Assembly: GCA_963844035.1 (NCBI GenBank)
Contig: CAWJMT010000003.1
Coordinates: 96,001-160,000, forward strand
Origin: an uncultured Gemmatimonadales bacterium
GTDB lineage: Bacteria; Gemmatimonadota; Gemmatimonadetes; Gemmatimonadales; GWC2-71-9
DNA length: 64,000 nucleotides
Direction: 5' to 3'
This document shows positions 29,121 through 38,516 of the stretch, piece by piece. The translations under genes and the position numbers were made by a program. The notes under the pieces were generated by a model. That model was not told where the DNA came from. It did not search any database and saw only the letters and a list, made by a program, of their open reading frames with translations. Numbering within the stretch: the first letter of the stretch is position 1; every line of letters begins with the position of its first letter.

Positions 29121-31784
29121 CTAATTCCTGGGGCCGCTCTCGGCCACGCGCCGGCGCAGCTCCGTGATCCAGTTGGGCGAGGCGACGAGCTGGAAGTCGT
29201 CCGCGTCGGACAGGATCGCCAGGATGCGCCGGCCATCGCGCGTCACGTCGTAGGTCGGCCCCCGGTAGGCGCCACCCGCGAGCGTTGGCAGAATGGTGTC
29301 TCGCGCCAGCAGCGTGAAGGCCGGCGAAAGCGAAACTCTCGCGGCGAGCAGGGCGGGGCCCGCGCGGTAGTAGAGGCGGCTGCCGTCGCGGGACCAGATC
29401 GGTTCTCTCCCCCCGGCCACCGAAATCTGAATCCTGGACGACGGATCGGGGAATGAGCGGACGTACACCTCATCGCGTCCGGATTCGTCCGACACCAGCG
29501 CTACCCACTTGCCGTCCGGCGAGAATCCCGGAGCGGTTTCATTCGCCGGCGTCGTGAGGTAGTTCTGCTCGACGGGTTGCGAGTCGAGGCGGACCCGGTA
29601 AAGGTCCCAGGAAGACTCGTGCAGGGATTGCAGCAGCAGCCAGCGGCCATCCGGCGATCGCGTCGCCGCCGGGGTGAGAAATGGGCTCTCGAAGAGCTTT
29701 TCGGCCGGAGATCCGCCGGCGGCGATCTGCGACCACACCGCGCTGCGCGCCTCTCCGCCCGCGGCGGTGAACACGATGCGCGAGCCGTCGCTGCTCCACT
29801 CTGCGGAGTTCGCCGTTTCGGCGGAGGTCAGCCGCGAGAACGTCGCGAGATTCCGGTCGTAGATCCAGACGTCGCTTTTCTGTCCCTCCCGCACCAGGAT
29901 GGCGATCCGGCGTTCATCGGGGGAGAGCCTGGGATAGTCGAAACCGCGCGCCTGTTCCAGCGCCGGCTCGCGGCGTCCATCGCGCGATACCCAGTTGAGT
30001 TTGCCGCGCGCGCCTCCGCGGGATGCCACCAGCGCCCCGCCGGTGGAAATGAAGATCCCGGAGTTGCCGTTGGCCCACGATTGCACGGGCACGGGGTCAT
30101 GCACGGGAATCGGTCGGCCATCGATGCGCTTCTTCCGGGCATTCAGGGACGCGGCCATCACCGCGCCGTCGGCCTGCAGGTAGACGACCATGCCGTCCAC
30201 CACCGCCAACGGGCGGATGGCAGGGGTACCGAGGGGCACGAACGCGCCATTCTCGAGGGAGGCGATGGCGAGCCGGGATGCAGCGAGCGTGCCCGACCAA
30301 ATGACGAAAACGATCGACCTGCCGTCGGGCAGCGCGATGGGCCAGAGGTGATCGCGCTCGCCGCGTGCCGTATCGGGCTGGGTCAGCGCGACGGCATCGC
30401 CGCCGGCGGCGCTCACGCGCGACAGCCCGTGGAAGCGACCCTGGGCGCCGAGCACGATCTCGTTGCCGGCCGTCCAGTCGGCCCCGTTCGCGCCATTCGC
30501 GTCGCTGATCGTTACGGGCGCGCCCCCGTCGAGCCGCACCTTGCGTTCCTTTCCCGCCATCTCGAACGCCAGCCAGCTCCCGTCGGGCGAGAAGTACGGT
30601 TGATAGGCGTCCGTCGTTCCCGGAATGGGATGTGCCTCGAGCTGGTCGGTGCGGAGCGCGTACAACATCGAGTTCGTCGCATTCTGCGCAACGGAGTACA
30701 CGACCGTGCCGCCGTCGGGTGAGATCGCGGCCGGCCAGGGAAACTTGTCGCTGGGCTTGGTGCTGTCCGTCGCGGCCACGACAAAGCGGATCGGCGGCAG
30801 CGCGGATCGCTCCGTCCGTCGTGCCAGACCGATCGCGACCGCCAGCGACGCCACGGCGACGAGCGATGGTCCGAAGACGAGCGGATCGCGCAGGCGCGCG
30901 CGCCATGCGGGGGCTGCCGGCGCACGCTCCGTTACTGCGCTGCGGGGCACTGCATTCCCCTGGAGCGCCTCGGCGAACTCATGGGCGGTGGCGAAGCGGT
31001 CCGCCGGCAGCTTCTGCAGCGCGGTGTGCACGGCGGCTTCGACGTGTGGCGGGATCGTCCGGCGCTGCAGCGTCAAGCTGCGCGGCTGCTCTGTCATCAC
31101 CCGCGCGATGATGGCCTGCGCCGTGGGCCCGGTGAACGGCGGCTCCCCCACGAGCATCTCGTAGAGGACGGCGCCGAGCGCGTAGACGTCGCTGCGCGCC
31201 GTGACCTCCCGTTCACCCATCGCCTGTTCGGGGCTCATGTAGTGCGGCGTGCCCAGGCTCATGCCCGTTTCGGTCATCCGGGTCCCGCTGGCCGAGCTGA
31301 CCGCGAGCGCGATTCCGAAGTCGACGACCAGTGCCCGGCCGTCGTGCAGCAGGATGTTCTCCGGCTTGATGTCGCGGTGGATCACTTTGTGGCGGTGGGC
31401 ATAGTCGAGCGCCGAGGCGATCTCGATCGCGATCCGCAGCGCTTCGGCGACGGGAAGCTGTTGCTCGCGGGTGATGCGGTCGCGGAGCGATTCGCCCTCG
31501 ACGGACGGCATCACGTAGTAGAGGAGGCCGTCCACCTCCCCCGAGTCGATCAGCCCCAGGATGTGGGGGTGCTGCAGGTTGGCGGTGACCTTGATCTCTT
31601 TGAGGAACCGGTCGGCGCCGATGACGGCGGCCAATTCCGGGCGCAGCACCTTCAGGGCCACGTGGCGGTCGTGCTTGAGGTCGCGGGCGAGGTATACCGT
31701 CGCCATCCCGCCCGCGCCAAGCTCGCGCTCGATCGTATAGCGCGCCCCGAGGGCGGTGCTCAGGCGTTGCGTCACATCAATCAT
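29121..31784 (-). CDS. Hanks-type Ser/Thr kinase with TM and PD40/TolB beta-propellers
   Basis: Intact VALK, HRD, DFG, SPE motifs; SPDG repeats. Confidence 0.93.
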   Translation of the reverse strand: MIDVTQRLSTALGARYTIERELGAGGMATVYLARDLKHDRHVALKVLRPELAAVIGADRFLKEIKVTANLQHPHILGLIDSGEVDGLLYYVMPSVEGESLRDRITREQQLPVAEALRIAIEIASALDYAHRHKVIHRDIKPENILLHDGRALVVDFGIALAVSSASGTRMTETGMSLGTPHYMSPEQAMGEREVTARSDVYALGAVLYEMLVGEPPFTGPTAQAIIARVMTEQPRSLTLQRRTIPPHVEAAVHTALQKLPADRFATAHEFAEALQGNAVPRSAVTERAPAAPAWRARLRDPLVFGPSLVAVASLAVAIGLARRTERSALPPIRFVVAATDSTKPSDKFPWPAAISPDGGTVVYSVAQNATNSMLYALRTDQLEAHPIPGTTDAYQPYFSPDGSWLAFEMAGKERKVRLDGGAPVTISDANGANGADWTAGNEIVLGAQGRFHGLSRVSAAGGDAVALTQPDTARGERDHLWPIALPDGRSIVFVIWSGTLAASRLAIASLENGAFVPLGTPAIRPLAVVDGMVVYLQADGAVMAASLNARKKRIDGRPIPVHDPVPVQSWANGNSGIFISTGGALVASRGGARGKLNWVSRDGRREPALEQARGFDYPRLSPDERRIAILVREGQKSDVWIYDRNLATFSRLTSAETANSAEWSSDGSRIVFTAAGGEARSAVWSQIAAGGSPAEKLFESPFLTPAATRSPDGRWLLLQSLHESSWDLYRVRLDSQPVEQNYLTTPANETAPGFSPDGKWVALVSDESGRDEVYVRSFPDPSSRIQISVAGGREPIWSRDGSRLYYRAGPALLAARVSLSPAFTLLARDTILPTLAGGAYRGPTYDVTRDGRRILAILSDADDFQLVASPNWITELRRRVAESGPRN

Positions 31785-31920
31785 CGGCGGCCCTGTGGCG
31801 AGAGGCCTGCAAGTTGCACCGGGCCGGATGAGCGGGCCAGGGGTGCCGCTGGCGGCGCGCGCGCGTCAAGGTAGAATTGCGGAGCCAACCGCTCGCCGAC
31901 CGTTACTCGAGAGGGCTCAG

Positions 31921-32574
31921 GTGGAAAAATTCGGACTGACTGTGCGCGCCGCGTCCGGCCCCGGAGTCATGCACCAGATGACCGGGGTGATTGCCAAACA
32001 CCGGGGCAACATCTCGTCGATCGACATCACCAGCGAGGGAGCCGTCGACGCGCGCATCTATTTCGAGATCGACATGCCGGAGGCTCCCGAGGCGCTGATC
32101 GCAGAGCTGCGAACGCTGCCCGTGGTGCATGAGGTCGGCCTGGTCAAGACGCTGCAGGCGATCTACGGCAAGCGCATCATCATCATGGGCGGCGGCGCGC
32201 AGGTCGGGCAGGTCGCGATCGGCGCCATCTCGGAGGCGGACCGCCACAATATTCGCGGCGAGCACATCTCGATCGATACCATTCCGCTGGTCGGCGAGCG
32301 GCCGCTCGCCGATGCGGTGCGCGCGGTGGCCCGGCTCCCCCGCGCGTCGGCCCTGGTGCTGGCGGGCTCGCTGATGGGCGGCGATATCGAGCGGGCGGTC
32401 CGTGAGGTGCGCGCGCAGGGGTTGCTGGTGATCAGCCTGAACATGGCGGGCAGCGTGCCGGACGCCGCCGATCTGGTGGTGAGCGATCCCGTGCAGGCCG
32501 GGGTGATGGCCGTGATGGCCACCGCCGATACCGCCAAGTTCTCGGTGGACCTGCTCAAGCGGAGAGTGTTCTAA
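31921..32574 (+). CDS. ACT domain + DUF5612 protein
   Basis: ACT-like 'PGVMHQMTGVIAKHRGNISS'; 'YGKRIIIMGGGAQV.QVA.GAISEADRHNIRGE.ISIDTIPLVGE', 'LAGSLMGG', 'SDPVQAG'. Confidence 0.8.
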   Translation: MEKFGLTVRAASGPGVMHQMTGVIAKHRGNISSIDITSEGAVDARIYFEIDMPEAPEALIAELRTLPVVHEVGLVKTLQAIYGKRIIIMGGGAQVGQVAIGAISEADRHNIRGEHISIDTIPLVGERPLADAVRAVARLPRASALVLAGSLMGGDIERAVREVRAQGLLVISLNMAGSVPDAADLVVSDPVQAGVMAVMATADTAKFSVDLLKRRVF

Positions 32575-33875
32575 TCGCGGCGCCCACGATCGACCCGGGC
32601 GCCGTCACGGCCAAGGTCACCCGCCGGCTGATCCCGTATCTGTTTCTCTGCTACGTCGTCAACTACCTCGACCGCTTCAACATTTCCTTCGCCGCCTTGG
32701 AAATGAAAGCGGATCTCGGCCTGGGCGACGCGGTCTACGGGTTGGGCGCCGGGATGTTCTTCGCCGGCTACGTCACGTTCGAGATCCCGAGCAACCTGAT
32801 CCTGCAGCGCGTCGGGGCCCGCTGGTGGATCGCGCGCATCATGGTCACGTGGGGCGTGCTCTCCTGCGGCATGATGTTCGTCAGGACGCCGGCCATGTTC
32901 TACGTGCTGCGCTTTCTGCTCGGCGTCGCGGAGGCGGGGTTCCTGCCCGGGATCATCTTCTATCTCACCCACTGGATCCCCGCCCGCGATCGCGCTCGCG
33001 TGTTCGCGCTGTTCCTGACCTCCACCGCGCTCGCCGGCGTGGTCGGCGGACCGGTCTCGGCGGCGCTCCTCAAGCTGGACGGCAGCGCCGGCCTGGCCGG
33101 GTGGCAGTGGCTCTTTCTCGTCGAAGGACTCCCCGCCGTGATCTTGGGCGTGACCACGCTGCGGTTTCTCCCCGACCGCATCGCTCACGCCCACTGGCTC
33201 AGCCCGGCGGAGCAGGGATGGCTGGAGCAGGCCCTACACTCGGAGCGCAGCGCCGTGGAGCACAGCCGTCGTCTCACGCTGTGGCAGGCGCTCACGCACG
33301 GACCGGTGTGGCGTCTCTGCCTGCTCTACTTCTCGACCATCATCAGTTTCTACGGGGTGGCGTTCTGGCTGCCGCAGATCGTGCAGAGCTTCTCGGGGCT
33401 CGGCAACACCGCCACCGCGCTGATCTCCGCGCTCCCGTACCTGGCCGCCTCGATCGGCATGGTCCTCGTGGCGCGCCATTCCGATCGCAGCGGGGAGCGC
33501 CGCCGCCACGTGGCGCTCCCGGCGTTCGCCGCCGCGGCGGGACTGCTCATCGGGGCACTCGTCCAACGCCAGCCGGTGCTCGCGTTCCTGGCGCTGTGCG
33601 TCAGCGCCACGGGAATCTGGAGCACGCTGGGCCCGTTCTGGAGTATCCCCACCGGGTTCTTGAGCGGCACGGCGGCGGCGGGCGGGATCGCCCTCATCAA
33701 TTCTGTGGGGAACATCGGGGGCTTTGTAGGACCCACCGTGATGGGATTCTTGAAGCAGCGTACCCATCGGTTCGAAAGCGGCCTGCTGGTGCTGGCCGTC
33801 ACGCTTGTCGTCGCCGGGGTGCTTGCCCTCTCGCTCCCGCGCGAGTACGATCGGCCGCGGACACTCATCCACTAA
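32574..33875 (+). CDS. MFS transporter, anion:cation symporter (TtuB-like) family; canonical start missing
   Basis: 'RRLIPYLF..Y..NYLDR.NI', 'FEIPSN', 'LLGVAEAGFLPG', 'GIALINSVGN.GGF.GP'. Confidence 0.88.
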   Translation: MAAPTIDPGAVTAKVTRRLIPYLFLCYVVNYLDRFNISFAALEMKADLGLGDAVYGLGAGMFFAGYVTFEIPSNLILQRVGARWWIARIMVTWGVLSCGMMFVRTPAMFYVLRFLLGVAEAGFLPGIIFYLTHWIPARDRARVFALFLTSTALAGVVGGPVSAALLKLDGSAGLAGWQWLFLVEGLPAVILGVTTLRFLPDRIAHAHWLSPAEQGWLEQALHSERSAVEHSRRLTLWQALTHGPVWRLCLLYFSTIISFYGVAFWLPQIVQSFSGLGNTATALISALPYLAASIGMVLVARHSDRSGERRRHVALPAFAAAAGLLIGALVQRQPVLAFLALCVSATGIWSTLGPFWSIPTGFLSGTAAAGGIALINSVGNIGGFVGPTVMGFLKQRTHRFESGLLVLAVTLVVAGVLALSLPREYDRPRTLIH

Positions 33876-33885
33876 ACCACTCTCC

Positions 33886-34248
33886 ATGCCACGATTGATA
33901 CCGAGTCCCACCGTCGTCCAGGCCGCCGGGCATCCTCCCAAACGCATCGAGGAGTACGTGGGACGGGTGAACTCCGGACACCAGACCGTGAGCGTTGCCC
34001 GCATGACGTCGCCGGGCGGGTGGCAGGAACCGGGGCAGCGCCCCGAGTTCGAAGAAGTGACGCTGGTGCTCCGTGGCGTGCTCCACGTCGAATTCGCGGG
34101 CGGGGCGCTGGACGTCGGGCCGGGCCAGGCGGTCGTCACCGCCCCCGGTGAGTGGATCCGCTATGGCACGCCCGGTCCCGACGGCGCCGAGTACATCGCG
34201 GTGTGCATTCCGGCGTTTGCCCCTGCGACGGTACACCGGGATGGCTAG
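33886..34248 (+). CDS. Cupin domain protein
   Basis: 'PK.IEEYVGRVNS', 'GW.EPGQRPEF.E', 'EY.AVC.PAF'. Confidence 0.85.
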   Translation: MPRLIPSPTVVQAAGHPPKRIEEYVGRVNSGHQTVSVARMTSPGGWQEPGQRPEFEEVTLVLRGVLHVEFAGGALDVGPGQAVVTAPGEWIRYGTPGPDGAEYIAVCIPAFAPATVHRDG

Positions 34249-34319
34249 AGGACCTGTGGATTTCGGTCCACCGGGCTATCCTCAGAGGGATTCCCGCGCC
34301 ACACCTACGGAGGAAACGC

Positions 34320-34679
34320 ATGATGACGCCTGACGACGCCGGACCCTCACCTGTGGAGGCGATCACCCCCGAGGATCCCGGCCTCCCGATGTACGTCGAA
34401 CCCATGGGCGCATTCTTGAACCAGTGGTTCACGTCCTACGAAGCAGCGCGCGCGGTGCGGGAGGCCGAAGGGGGCTACCTGCTGCCGTACAAGCATCAAT
34501 TCTTCGTGACGGTGGCTGCGGCAATCGTGGAGCTGGGGCTCGATCCCTTGGACCCGGATTGGCAGCGCACTGGATGGGACTGGGTACGACCGCTCGACTG
34601 GAAGGCGTGGGAGTTCCTCCGGGACAAACGGCGTAAGGTGCTGACCGCTGCTGCCGCCGTCGCCACCACGGCCCCGTAA
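34320..34679 (+). CDS. Hypothetical protein
   Basis: GGAGG RBS; 'W..SYE.AR...GGYLLPY..QFFV', 'LGLDP.DPDW'. Confidence 0.7.
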   Translation: MMTPDDAGPSPVEAITPEDPGLPMYVEPMGAFLNQWFTSYEAARAVREAEGGYLLPYKHQFFVTVAAAIVELGLDPLDPDWQRTGWDWVRPLDWKAWEFLRDKRRKVLTAAAAVATTAP

Positions 34680-34699
34680 CGCTGCTCGGCGGTAGCGAC

Positions 34700-36076
34700 G
34701 TGCCTCTCGACGACCTTCGGCCGCGCCTGCGCGGTCCCCTGCTCGCGCCCGGCGACGCCGGCTACGACGACGCGCGATCGATCTGGAATGCCATGATCGA
34801 CCGCCGGCCCGCGGCAATCGCCCGCTGTCTCGGCGTCGCTGACGTACTCGCAGGTGTCAAGTTCGCGCGCGACAACCGGCTCCAGCTGTCCATCAAGGGC
34901 GGCGGGCACAACATCGCCGGCCTGGCGGTGTGCGATGGCGGGCTGATGCTCGACATGTCGCTGATGCGCGGTGTGTGGGTGGACCCCGCCGCGCGGCTCG
35001 CGCGTGCCCAGGCGGGGTGCCTGTTGGGCGACGTGGATCGCGAGACTCAGGTGCACGGCCTGGCCGCGGTGCTCGGATTCGTTTCCAACACCGGCATCGC
35101 CGGCCTCACCTTGGGCGGCGGGTTCGGCTATCTGTCGCGCCGGTTCGGCTGGACGTGCGACAACGTGACGGCGATGGATCTCGTCACGGCCGACGGACGG
35201 GTGGTGCGCGCCAGCGAGCGGGAGAACGCCGACCTGTTTTGGGGGCTGCGGGGCGGGGGCGGAAACTTCGGGGTGGTCACCGGGTTCGAATACACTCTGT
35301 ACCCGGTCGGCCCCGAGATCGTGGGTGGCGCCATCGCGTGGAGCGCGGAGCAGGCGCACGAAGTCCTGGCGATGTTTCGGAAACTCGCCGCGGAGGCACC
35401 GCCCGAGCTGACGATCGTGGCGCTGATGCGGCCGGCGCCTCCCGCCCCGTGGTTGGCGAAGGAGATTCACGGCAAACCGATCGTCGCTCTGTTCGCGTGC
35501 TATTCGGGCGCGGCTCAGGATGGCGAGCGGCTGCTGGCTCCCATCAAAGCGTTCGGGACGCCCGTCGGCGACACCATCCAGCGGCGGCCCTACGTATCAC
35601 AGCAGAACTTCCTCGATGCAACCCAGCCGAAGGGGCGGCGCTACTACTGGAAGTCGGAATATCTGGCGGAGGTCTCGCCCGATCTGCTCAGCGCGGTGAT
35701 CGCGCACGCCGGTCGCATCGCGTCCCCGCACTCGGCCGTGGTCCTGTTTGCGATCGATGGGGCGCTCAATCGTCTTCCCGGAGGCTATTCCGCGGCGGGC
35801 AACCGGGATGCGCGCATGGTGCTGAATATCACCGCGGCCTGGGAGCCCGCCGCCGATGACGGCGCCAACATCGAATGGGCGCGCACGGCGTGGCGCGACA
35901 TGCGCCGCTTCTCGACGGGCGGGACCTACGTGAACTTCCTGACCGAAGACGAAGGCGACGACCGCACCCGGGCGGCGTACGGAGCGAACCACGCGCGGCT
36001 CAGCGCGCTCAAGGCCGCGTGGGACCCGGGTAATCTGTTCCGCGCGAACAAGAACATCGCACCGCAGCCGTCGTGA
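34700..36076 (+). CDS. FAD-binding oxidoreductase (VAO/BBE family)
   Basis: 'KGGGHNIAG', 'DLFWGLRGGGGNFGVVT', 'YVNF', 'K..WDP.NLFR.N.NI'. Confidence 0.93.
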   Translation: MPLDDLRPRLRGPLLAPGDAGYDDARSIWNAMIDRRPAAIARCLGVADVLAGVKFARDNRLQLSIKGGGHNIAGLAVCDGGLMLDMSLMRGVWVDPAARLARAQAGCLLGDVDRETQVHGLAAVLGFVSNTGIAGLTLGGGFGYLSRRFGWTCDNVTAMDLVTADGRVVRASERENADLFWGLRGGGGNFGVVTGFEYTLYPVGPEIVGGAIAWSAEQAHEVLAMFRKLAAEAPPELTIVALMRPAPPAPWLAKEIHGKPIVALFACYSGAAQDGERLLAPIKAFGTPVGDTIQRRPYVSQQNFLDATQPKGRRYYWKSEYLAEVSPDLLSAVIAHAGRIASPHSAVVLFAIDGALNRLPGGYSAAGNRDARMVLNITAAWEPAADDGANIEWARTAWRDMRRFSTGGTYVNFLTEDEGDDRTRAAYGANHARLSALKAAWDPGNLFRANKNIAPQPS

Positions 36077-36423
36077 ACCTGGCCCGCGTTCACGCCGTGC
36101 TGTGGCAGCGCTGTCCCGTATGCCTTGAGGGCCCGATGTACTCAGGGTGGATCACGATGCATGAGCGCTGCCCGCGCTGCGGCCACCAGTTTGAACGGGA
36201 GACCGGGTTCTTCCAGGGCGCCATGTACGTGAGCTGGGTGATGAGCGTCGGATTGTTCGCGACGCTTGCCATCATGGCCATGGTGGGCCTGGCGCCGCGT
36301 ATCGGGCTGAATGCCGCGCTGGCGGTCGCCGTCGTAGTGTACATGCCGACCGTCCCCATGCTGTTTCGCTACTCGCGCGTCATCTGGGCGCACATCAACA
36401 TCGGTACCCGTGACGACGCCTGA
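36073..36423 (+). CDS. DUF983 family protein
   Basis: CPVC and CPRC, 'ERE.GFF.GAMY', two TM helices. Confidence 0.82.
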   Translation: MNLARVHAVLWQRCPVCLEGPMYSGWITMHERCPRCGHQFERETGFFQGAMYVSWVMSVGLFATLAIMAMVGLAPRIGLNAALAVAVVVYMPTVPMLFRYSRVIWAHINIGTRDDA

Positions 36424-36430
36424 GCCGGCG

Positions 36431-36510
36431 CGCTATGGCATGGCATACCAGACGGTTCGGCTTGGGGGGTCGGGCGGCGCCCGAGGGCATGCCGCCGCGG
36501 CCCCATAGCG
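36431..36510. ncRNA. Candidate structured RNA with three nested stems (unassigned)
   Basis: CGCTATGG/CCATAGCG, GGCATACC/GGCATGCC, TCGGGC/GCCCGA. Confidence 0.3.
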
Positions 36511-36515
36511 AGTTG

Positions 36516-36545
36516 TTGACCTGTCGGGTTTTGTCTGCTTAAGTT
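36516..36545 (+). promoter_or_regulatory. Sigma70-like promoter for the zinc-ribbon/argS operon
   Basis: TTGACC-N18-TAAGTT, ATG 8 nt downstream. Confidence 0.6.
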
Positions 36546-36553
36546 GTTGCGCG

Positions 36554-36868
36554 ATGCCAACCTACGAGTACAAGTGTCCGGCGGGGCACACGTTCGAGAA
36601 GTTCTTCCCCCGCATGAACGACCGCCGGCACCTCCCGTGCCCCACCTGCGGCAAGCGCGCTGAGCGGGTGATCTCGGGTGGCGCGGGCCTCGTGTTCAAA
36701 GGGTCCGGCTTCTATATCACCGACTACAAGCGTGCCGGTGAGAAGCCGCCAGCCGAAGGGGACGCGAAACCCGCTACCGACGCCAAGCCCTCGACCGAGC
36801 CCAAGACGACGGCCGAGTCGAAAGGCTCCGACAGCACCAAAAAGAAGCCCGACTCCGGCGGCAAGTGA
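36554..36868 (+). CDS. FmdB family zinc-ribbon protein
   Basis: 'MPTYEYKC..GH.FE', 'CPTCG', 'FKGSGFYITDY'. Confidence 0.92.
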   Translation: MPTYEYKCPAGHTFEKFFPRMNDRRHLPCPTCGKRAERVISGGAGLVFKGSGFYITDYKRAGEKPPAEGDAKPATDAKPSTEPKTTAESKGSDSTKKKPDSGGK

Positions 36869-38514
36869 GGCCGCACGAAGCAATTGCCCAGGCGCTCGTG
36901 GACGCCGCGCTGCGGATTGGCGCGTCTGCCGGCGTCCACGCCGATGTCACGGCAACACGCGATCCCTCCCACGGCGATCTAGCGACGAACCTCGCGCTGG
37001 TGCTGGCGAAGGACCTCAAGCGTCCTCCTCGCGCCGTTGCCGAATCCCTGATGAAGGAAGTGCAGGCACGGTTGCCCGCGGGGCTCGTCAGCAAGGTCGA
37101 GGTCGCGGGCCCCGGGTTCATCAATTTCTTCCTCGCGACGGATCAGCGGCTTGGTGTGGTGGGCGAGGTGCTCGCCGCGGGAGCCGGTTATGGCCGGAGC
37201 ACCGTCGGCGGCGGCGTGAAGGTGAACATCGAGTTCGTCTCCGCCAACCCCACGGGACCCCTGCACGTCGGTCACGGGCGGGGCGCAGCGGTGGGCGATG
37301 GGATCGCTGCGCTGCTCGAGTGGACCGGTCACGCGGTGACTCGGGAGTTCTACGTGAACGATGCCGGAACCCAGATCGACAAGCTGGCGCTGTCACTCTG
37401 GGCCCGGGTGCAGCAGCAGGTCGGCCGGCCCGGCGACGTGCCCGAAGGGGGCTACCAGGGCGAGTACCTCGTCGAGCTGGCGGCGGCGACGCTGGCGCGC
37501 GAAGGCCGCGCCTTCGCCGACCTGTCCCCCGACGAAGGCGTGCGGCGCTGCCGCTCGATCGCCATGTTGTCCCAGCGTGCCGAGCAGGACGAAGACCTGC
37601 GCCAGTTCGGAGTACGGTTCGACGTCGTCGCGTTCGAATCCGAAGTATATCGGACCGGGCTGATCGAGCGGGCGCTCGCCGACCTGGCGGCGCGGGACCT
37701 CACGTTCGAGGAGGACGGGGCGCTCTGGCTCCGGGCCTCCGCGCTCGGTGACGACAAGGATCGCGTGCTCCGCAAGTCGGACGGGACCTATACCTATCTG
37801 CTGCCGGACATCGCGTATCACCGCCAGAAGCGCGAGCGCGGGTTCGCGCGCGCGATCGACGTCTGGGGGGCGGATCATCACGGCTACGTCCCGCGGATGC
37901 GCGCCGCGATGCGGGCCCTCGGGTATCCGGACGACTTCTTTCACGCGGAGCTGGTGCAGCTCGTGCGCGTGATGCGGGGCGGGGAAGAGGTCCGCTTTTC
38001 CAAGCGCACCGGCGATTTTGTCACCCTGCGCGAGCTGTTCGAGGAGACCGGCGTGGATGCCGCGCGCTATTTTTTCCTGATGCGTCGCGGCGACTCGCAG
38101 TTCGTGTTCGATGTCGACCTGGCCACGAGCCAAACGGAGGAGAACCCAGTGTTTTACGTGCAGATGGCGCATGCCCGCATGAGCGGCATTTTCCGGGTTG
38201 CCGCCCGGGCGCCCGAAACGGTCCTGGCCGAGGGTGTCGATCTCCGCATGCTCGACGCGCCGGAAGAGCTCGATCTCCTCAAGGAGATCGCGGCGTTCCC
38301 CGGCATCGTGGCACGCGCCGCGGAGACGTTCGAGCCCCATCGCGTCACCGGGTACCTGGAGGGGTTGGCGCGCATCGCGCACGCGTGGTACCACAAGTAC
38401 CGCGTGCTCGGGGAGCCGCAGGAAACCGCGCGGCTCGTGCTCGCGCGCGCGGTGCGACAGGTGCTCGCCAACGGGCTCGCGGTCCTCGGGATCAGCGCGC
38501 CGGATCGGATGTAG
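36865..38514 (+). CDS. argS: Arginine--tRNA ligase
   Basis: 'EFVSANPTGPLHVGHGR', 'GADHHGY', 'NPVFYVQMAHAR', 'GISAPDRM'. Confidence 0.97.
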   Translation: MRPHEAIAQALVDAALRIGASAGVHADVTATRDPSHGDLATNLALVLAKDLKRPPRAVAESLMKEVQARLPAGLVSKVEVAGPGFINFFLATDQRLGVVGEVLAAGAGYGRSTVGGGVKVNIEFVSANPTGPLHVGHGRGAAVGDGIAALLEWTGHAVTREFYVNDAGTQIDKLALSLWARVQQQVGRPGDVPEGGYQGEYLVELAAATLAREGRAFADLSPDEGVRRCRSIAMLSQRAEQDEDLRQFGVRFDVVAFESEVYRTGLIERALADLAARDLTFEEDGALWLRASALGDDKDRVLRKSDGTYTYLLPDIAYHRQKRERGFARAIDVWGADHHGYVPRMRAAMRALGYPDDFFHAELVQLVRVMRGGEEVRFSKRTGDFVTLRELFEETGVDAARYFFLMRRGDSQFVFDVDLATSQTEENPVFYVQMAHARMSGIFRVAARAPETVLAEGVDLRMLDAPEELDLLKEIAAFPGIVARAAETFEPHRVTGYLEGLARIAHAWYHKYRVLGEPQETARLVLARAVRQVLANGLAVLGISAPDRM

Positions 38515-38516
38515 CC

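Noticed and set aside
36451..36463. tRNA T-arm (GGTTCG)
   Set aside because: No cloverleaf, no TTCRA loop with paired stem, no CCA
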